A stretch of 64,000 bases of DNA, from the NCBI GenBank assembly GCA_000708835.1, contig DF237131.1, forward strand, positions 88,882 to 152,881. Reading direction: 5' to 3'. Below are positions 58,850-64,000 of this stretch, one piece after another (positions within the stretch are counted from its first letter, which is position 1; every line of letters starts with the position of its first letter). The position numbers and the translations under genes were made by a program. Under the pieces are notes generated by a model. It saw only the letters and a program-made list of their open reading frames with translations, was not told the DNA's origin and did no database searches. Source of the DNA: Klebsormidium nitens (lineage: Eukaryota > Plantae > Klebsormidiophyceae).

Positions 58850-61800
58850 TCAACCGTTCGTCCCGTCATCCGACTCCCCCAACAATCCCTCCCGCACCGC
58901 CCCCCCCTCCTTCCGCACCAGCAAAACGCATCCCCGGCACAGCGTCTGCAGCCCGTCGAAGTTCGTCACGGAGCGCGCGTACTCGCTCGCGGGCTTCGTC
59001 TCCTCGCAGCGCGCGCACTTCTTCTCCTTCACGATCGGCGTCGAGAGCGGCTTCCGGTCCGCCTTCCACGCAAGGTAGCGCACCCGCTGGCACTTCTTGC
59101 AGTACGTGTCGTGGCCCGTCTTCAGCCCCTGAACAACAGAAATGACGATGTTGACAACGACAAATTACAATGATAATAATCATAACAATGGTAGAAGCAT
59201 ACTAACAGGTATCGGGGTTTCTCCATGATGACGACAACAGAAAATAGCAGCGACAGAGATAATCGGGGGCAAGGACCAACTCAAAGTCGCATCTGAGTGC
59301 CACGGCACCTCAGGTTTCAGTCCTCATCCGTATGCTTTGGGCCTGCGACTGTGACAACTTAGCAATCACTGCGACTAACAAACCCGTCACTGCCAAAGGA
59401 CTCGCACCGACTTCGGTGCCACTTGTTGCCTCAAGCCAGACGCCCTGGGATCGGCTCGGTCACTTGAAAAGTGCAGAGCGCAAAGGAATCTGAACAAGGA
59501 ACATTTATTTTTCAGGTCGGGGTCCGCGGACTTCAAGTCACCCGGGACCTGGGCACCCAAGAATCAGTAGCATCTCGCACCTTGTGCCGGCTGAACTCGC
59601 CGATGGGCTTCGTTTCGTGGCAGTGACCGCATTCTTGGTGGCTGATCTCTAGCCGGCGCTGGCCGACCCGCTCGCGGTACGCGGCCTGCTTGAGCGAGTC
59701 GCACGCGCGGCAGCGGAGCTTCAGGCCGTCGGGCTTGAGCGCGAACTCGAGCGCGGGGCGGAAGCGCTTGCAGTCGCTGCAGACGCGGCCCTCGAGAGAC
59801 GCCTGCACGAGAGGCAATGTTTGAGGAGACGTCGAAGAAACTAAGATTGCGGAAGGAAGTGAAGCCTTCTTTGATATTCAATAGTAGTCAAAGACGCGCT
59901 GTAGTACGCCCAGACTGCTTCAGGGTAACGAGAAAGAGTGAGGGGAAGCGCCTGCAGCCGCGGCAGACGCGTCTCTCAAGAGACGCCTGCGACATGGGCG
60001 AGTACTGAGGAGTCAATAATATATGCTTGGAAATTTCTGGAATAGTGAATAACGAGAAAGGGTGGGGGGAAGCGCGCTGTAGACGCGACCCTCTACAGAC
60101 GCTTGAGCAAAGACCGCGTATTGGCAATCATTCAAAACTTAAAAGTTTAGAAAAATGAACGACGAGAGAAAGTGAGCGGAAGCGTGCTGCAGACGTGACC
60201 CTCCAGAGACGCCTGCACAAAGGGCGCGTTTTGGCAATCATTCAAAGCTTGGAAGTTTGTAGTATAATGACATGATAAGAGTGAGCGAAAGCGCATCCAG
60301 ACGCTGCAGATGCGGCCCTCAAAAGACGCCTGCACGAGAGGCCATGTTTGAGGAGACATTATAGACTCTTTATTGAAGAGGTAGCTGAAGATTTCAAACG
60401 TTGAAGACTCAAAACTCTAAGGCTTGTCGAAGACCCCTGCTGTAAGATGCAGAGACTCTGCCTTGATGACAAGAAGTGAGCCTTTGATCGAAGTCACTGC
60501 ACACGCGGCCCTCCAGAGACGCCTGCACACAGGGCGCCTTTTTGTAGCCATTCCAACCTTGAACGTTTCAAAAACAATAATTCACGAGAGAAGGGTGAGC
60601 GGAAGCGCTTGCAATTGCTGCAGAAATGGCCCTCCAAAGACGGCACAAGGGGCAACGTTTGAGGAGACGGTGATGACGCCAATTCTTGGGGATGTAGACA
60701 AAGCACTTTTTGAGGAGTAGATAAAGGCTCTGAAGATTAAGGCGTCGCAGACTCAAGCGCAAGGCAATGAGTAGGCAAACGATGCTGCATTGAAGCGGCG
60801 TGGCAAGCCCGGCAAAGGGCGGAATTGGACGGAATGCAGTTCTGAAGAAGCCGTGGAAGAGGAATTGGGGAAGAAAATTGAAAAGTAAAAGGATCCTCAA
60901 CGAGTCTGCGGCGAACCCTTTTCCTGCCGCCTCGGGAATGAAGACAGTCCCAATACAACAAAGCAAGCAGTCGTGGTGATTATCGAAGACGGGGAGAGGA
61001 ACCCAGATTTTGAACATCACGTAAAGGCACAAGATTCCGCACATACCTGCGGCAGAATCTTGCCCCGCCGCCCCGCGTTGATGGCCGCATGGCAGGCCCG
61101 GCAGAAGGGGTTGAAGCCGTCGGCGGTGCTAACGGTGCGCGTGTAGTCCGCGAGCTCCTTCAGCTGCTCGCAGCGCTCGCACTGCTTCCCGCGCTGCCGC
61201 AGCGGGTGGTCCTTGAACGGGTCGTCGGCCTGAGGGAGACACCGGAGAGGCACTTAAGCTGGTTTGATATGTTACTTATGACGGTTTTCTTCCAAACATA
61301 TCGACCTTTTAGTATAGGGGCTGCTCAGGCCGCTGCAAGAATTTCCAAGCAAGGGACATTGATGGTGATTGAGGAAATGAAAAGGTTATTTTTGAAGGTG
61401 GAAGGTCTCTTTTCTAAAAGCGACATATATCAACAACTGCCAGTACGTGTGTTTGCCTGCTCATGGTAGCAAAGATCTGCAACAGCAGTGGCTATAACAC
61501 GAAGATGCCGAATCTTCTAAGAAAGTGTTTCTCATCAGCCATCAATTTGGCAATTCTATTACAAGACCGTTCGCTACCTGTCGTGGGGTCAGGTGGACAT
61601 GCTTCGGGGATGATCCTCTCCTCCAGGTTGCAGCTTGGTCCAAAAGAGTAAAGTATGGCTTGGACCAAAACCCGAAGAACCCACCTTGGAGACTGCCGAG
61701 TTCAAGTTCGTCCGCATTCTTCTCTCCTTTCGCAACGCCGTCGGCACTGCGGGTCCTTGCGTCTGGAGATGTGACATCCCCTCTGCTTCCGCCGTAACAG

Positions 61801-63958
61801 TCCCGCTGTCGAGAGAGGGATCCCTCTCTCCTGGAATCGACAACCCCCCTCGAGCATCAGCCGCTTGGACTCGAAGGCCCCCCTGCGCCAACTCCCGTCT
61901 AAGTTCCCACAGCTCTCCATCATCGGCAGGGGGCCGGCTCCCGTTCGGTTCTCCACTTCCGCTGACGGCCCCGTTGTTCTGCGCGCCAACTTCTTCCGTG
62001 TTGCACTGTGATCGTAAGGCAGCCCCAGTTTCTATGCACCTAGCGCCGCTCTCGACCGCTGCGTCAAGTAGCGACTGCTGCTCTTTTCGTACCCCACTCG
62101 CAGCGTCAGAAGCGCGAGATTGTTGAAAGCCGTCCACAGGGACGAGACTTGCCTTCTTAGTCCCTGGCTTCCGACCCCTTTTCTTGGGCGTTCTGACTGG
62201 CTCTTGTGAGCCGTTCCCTCCATGTTCGCTTGTCAGTACTCCAAACATGTCTTCCACGACAGCCCCCGTGCCTTCGCTCTCCCCCAAAACACTCACTCCT
62301 TCGGGAACCCCCCTCAATTCCGCTTCATTCCCAACCCCCAAAAACAAGGGACGTGGATCTTTCCGAGTAGAAGCCCCATCTCCGCTCTCCCTATCCCCAG
62401 CTCCGCTCCCAAAGTCTGCTCCATCCACCTTGCCCAGGAGTACTGTTTCTTCACGCCCAGGTATGGAAGCAACCGCTCCGGCCCCCCTTGTTAAACTGGC
62501 TTGTCCACCCCCCTGAAAGGAAGCCGCCGCTTCCGTCCCTCTTGAGAACCCTGCTTCTCTACTTGTCTTTGGCGGTCGACCCCTTCTTCTTGGCGTCCCC
62601 GCCGGCTGCCCTAAACCACTTTGGCTACTATTGGCTGTCATGCTAGCTTCGGCCGCAGATGCACTTCTCTCGCTTGCCTCCTCAAGACTCGGTCCCCTAC
62701 TCCCCTCCGCAGAGTCCCCTCTTTTGCCCCCTCCTGAGGGACCAGCTCTGTCGGGGCCCCTGGTTGCAGATGCTTCCCCTTTCTCACGCTCTGATACAGA
62801 ATCTTCTTCTCTGACCCCCCTGGGGGAAGCGCCTCCCACACTACCCCCTTCAGATCTACTTCTTCTCCCTTGCAATCTGGCTACTATGCCCCCCTCCGCA
62901 GAACCAGCTTCTGTGCTTCCCCCTGCCAAAACTGCCACTTCCGTCCCCCCCATGAAAGGGTCCTCTTCACCCCGTACACCGAACTCGGCTCCTCCATGCT
63001 CTGCCCCTCGCTCAGGCCCCCCTTTTCGCTGCGCGTTGGCTCCAACACCTTTTCGAGGGGCATACTGTTTCCACGCCCCCAGACTCTCCAACCGCTCCCC
63101 ACTATACTCCCTACTATCCAAACCTTCGTATGCCCCACCTTTGCCTAGAGCGCCGCTGACTGCAACATCTTGATCCATAGTGGCACCGTCCGATTCGCCT
63201 CTGCTCACAGCGTTTTGAAAGAGGCTACTTTCGGACGTCCCCATGGCTGGCGCTGTCCGAAGCCGCCCGCCGGCCCCCTCTGCCCCTCGCTCTGCTGACT
63301 TTCCCACATTTTGACAGGCGCCACCAATCATAGATGGTCGGCCCGTCCCTGAAAGCAGAAGTTTGACCGACCCCGCAGTGTTATCCAACGCAACTCCTCT
63401 GGACAGCGCGCCCTCACATCCCTCTCTTCCATTGATCGACATCTCCCTATCAACCACAGGGTCCAAGCTCATTATACTGCGTGCCTTTGCAGCGCCCCGG
63501 CGCCCCACGCATCGATGATGGCTCGTCTGCACGTCGCCCAGCTGCTCTAACCAGCTGCCAACCACCCTGAAAGTCGCCACTTTCACGGGCCGAGACTCTT
63601 CTTCAAAATCAAAGTTGTCAAGTTCGGCGCCGGGCGCATCTTGCTTCCTGGTTTTGGCACTTGTCTTGGCACTGGTGGCTACCTTCGCCTGTGCGGCGCT
63701 CGCTTTACAGCTGCACCTGGTGCTTGGAACCCTAGAAAACGGGTTAGAGCTGACCGGCCCCCCAGACCGTGCACAACCACCTATTAATGAAAGCCCGCCA
63801 GTGCTAGGCGCCTTGAAACATGGTTTGCAAAGGGAGCCCATCAACACTGGGAAATGCTGACAGCTGTTCTTCAGCCCTACCTCCCCGGGTTGTGCAGCTG
63901 CAATGGAGAGCACGCGACGGTCCTTCCAAAGGAAGCCTGGTGACGATGCTGCCTCCAT
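58850..63958 (-). CDS. Putative plastid-targeted DNA-binding protein: AT-hooks plus four CxxC-x(~20)-CxxC zinc fingers
   Basis: Exons 63958-61685, 61229-61047, 59802-59581 and 59128-58850, all phase 0 and GT-AG. AT-hooks TPRRRGRPPK and PKKRGRKPG. Fingers: CERC..DG..CRAC, CSDC..DG..CRAC, CGHC..CKKC, CARC..DG..CRGC. The N-terminus is Ser/Ala-rich and transit-peptide-like. Confidence 0.8.
59930..60670 (-). repeat. Intronic tandem array of six degenerate copies of a 3' splice site plus exon start
   Basis: Copies of ..TGCAG|GCGTCTCTNGAGGGCCGCGTCTGCAGC..GCGCTTCCGC with junctions at 59986, 60102, 60212, 60329, 60522 and ~60641; the real junction is at 59802. Confidence 0.9.
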
Positions 63959-64000
63959 GACCGCAATGCTGCCTGACTACAATGTGAGCGGCGCCGCTCA

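Noticed and set aside
59930-60670. CRISPR-like repeat-spacer array
   Set aside because: Eukaryotic intron. The units are diverged copies of the adjacent splice junction, the spacers are related to one another, and there are no cas genes.

Overview
Eukaryotic nuclear DNA with GC-rich exons and GT-AG introns. The gene content (PPR protein, plant-type mitochondrial L43, TORNADO1-like Roco, ciliary KATNIP) fits a streptophyte green alga such as Klebsormidium; this is an inference. I reconstructed about 11 genes by hand from ORFs and splice signals: the 3' end of a PPR gene (+), a KATNIP homolog (-), a bacterial-type Cys/His transglutaminase-like gene (+), a PECP1/PHOSPHO-type HAD phosphatase (-), a HAPSTR1-like gene (+), a head-to-head pair of unannotated paralogs sharing a Cys/His domain (20.3-31.6 kb), an LRR-Roc-COR gene with one frameshift (-), a very long coiled-coil gene (-), MRPL43 (+) and a probably plastid-targeted AT-hook + 4x CxxC..CxxC zinc-finger gene (-). 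The most unusual signal is that introns in several unrelated genes carry degenerate copies of the neighbouring splice junction and exon edge. The clearest case is an array of six copies in the zinc-finger gene, four with intact 3' splice sites that all lead to premature stops. Other items of note: a perfect 38-bp-stem hairpin in a divergent promoter, a G-rich telomere-like repeat in inverted orientation beside both assembly gaps, and a D-to-V change in the phosphatase's HAD motif IV. No database searches could be run, so family assignments rest on recalled motifs.
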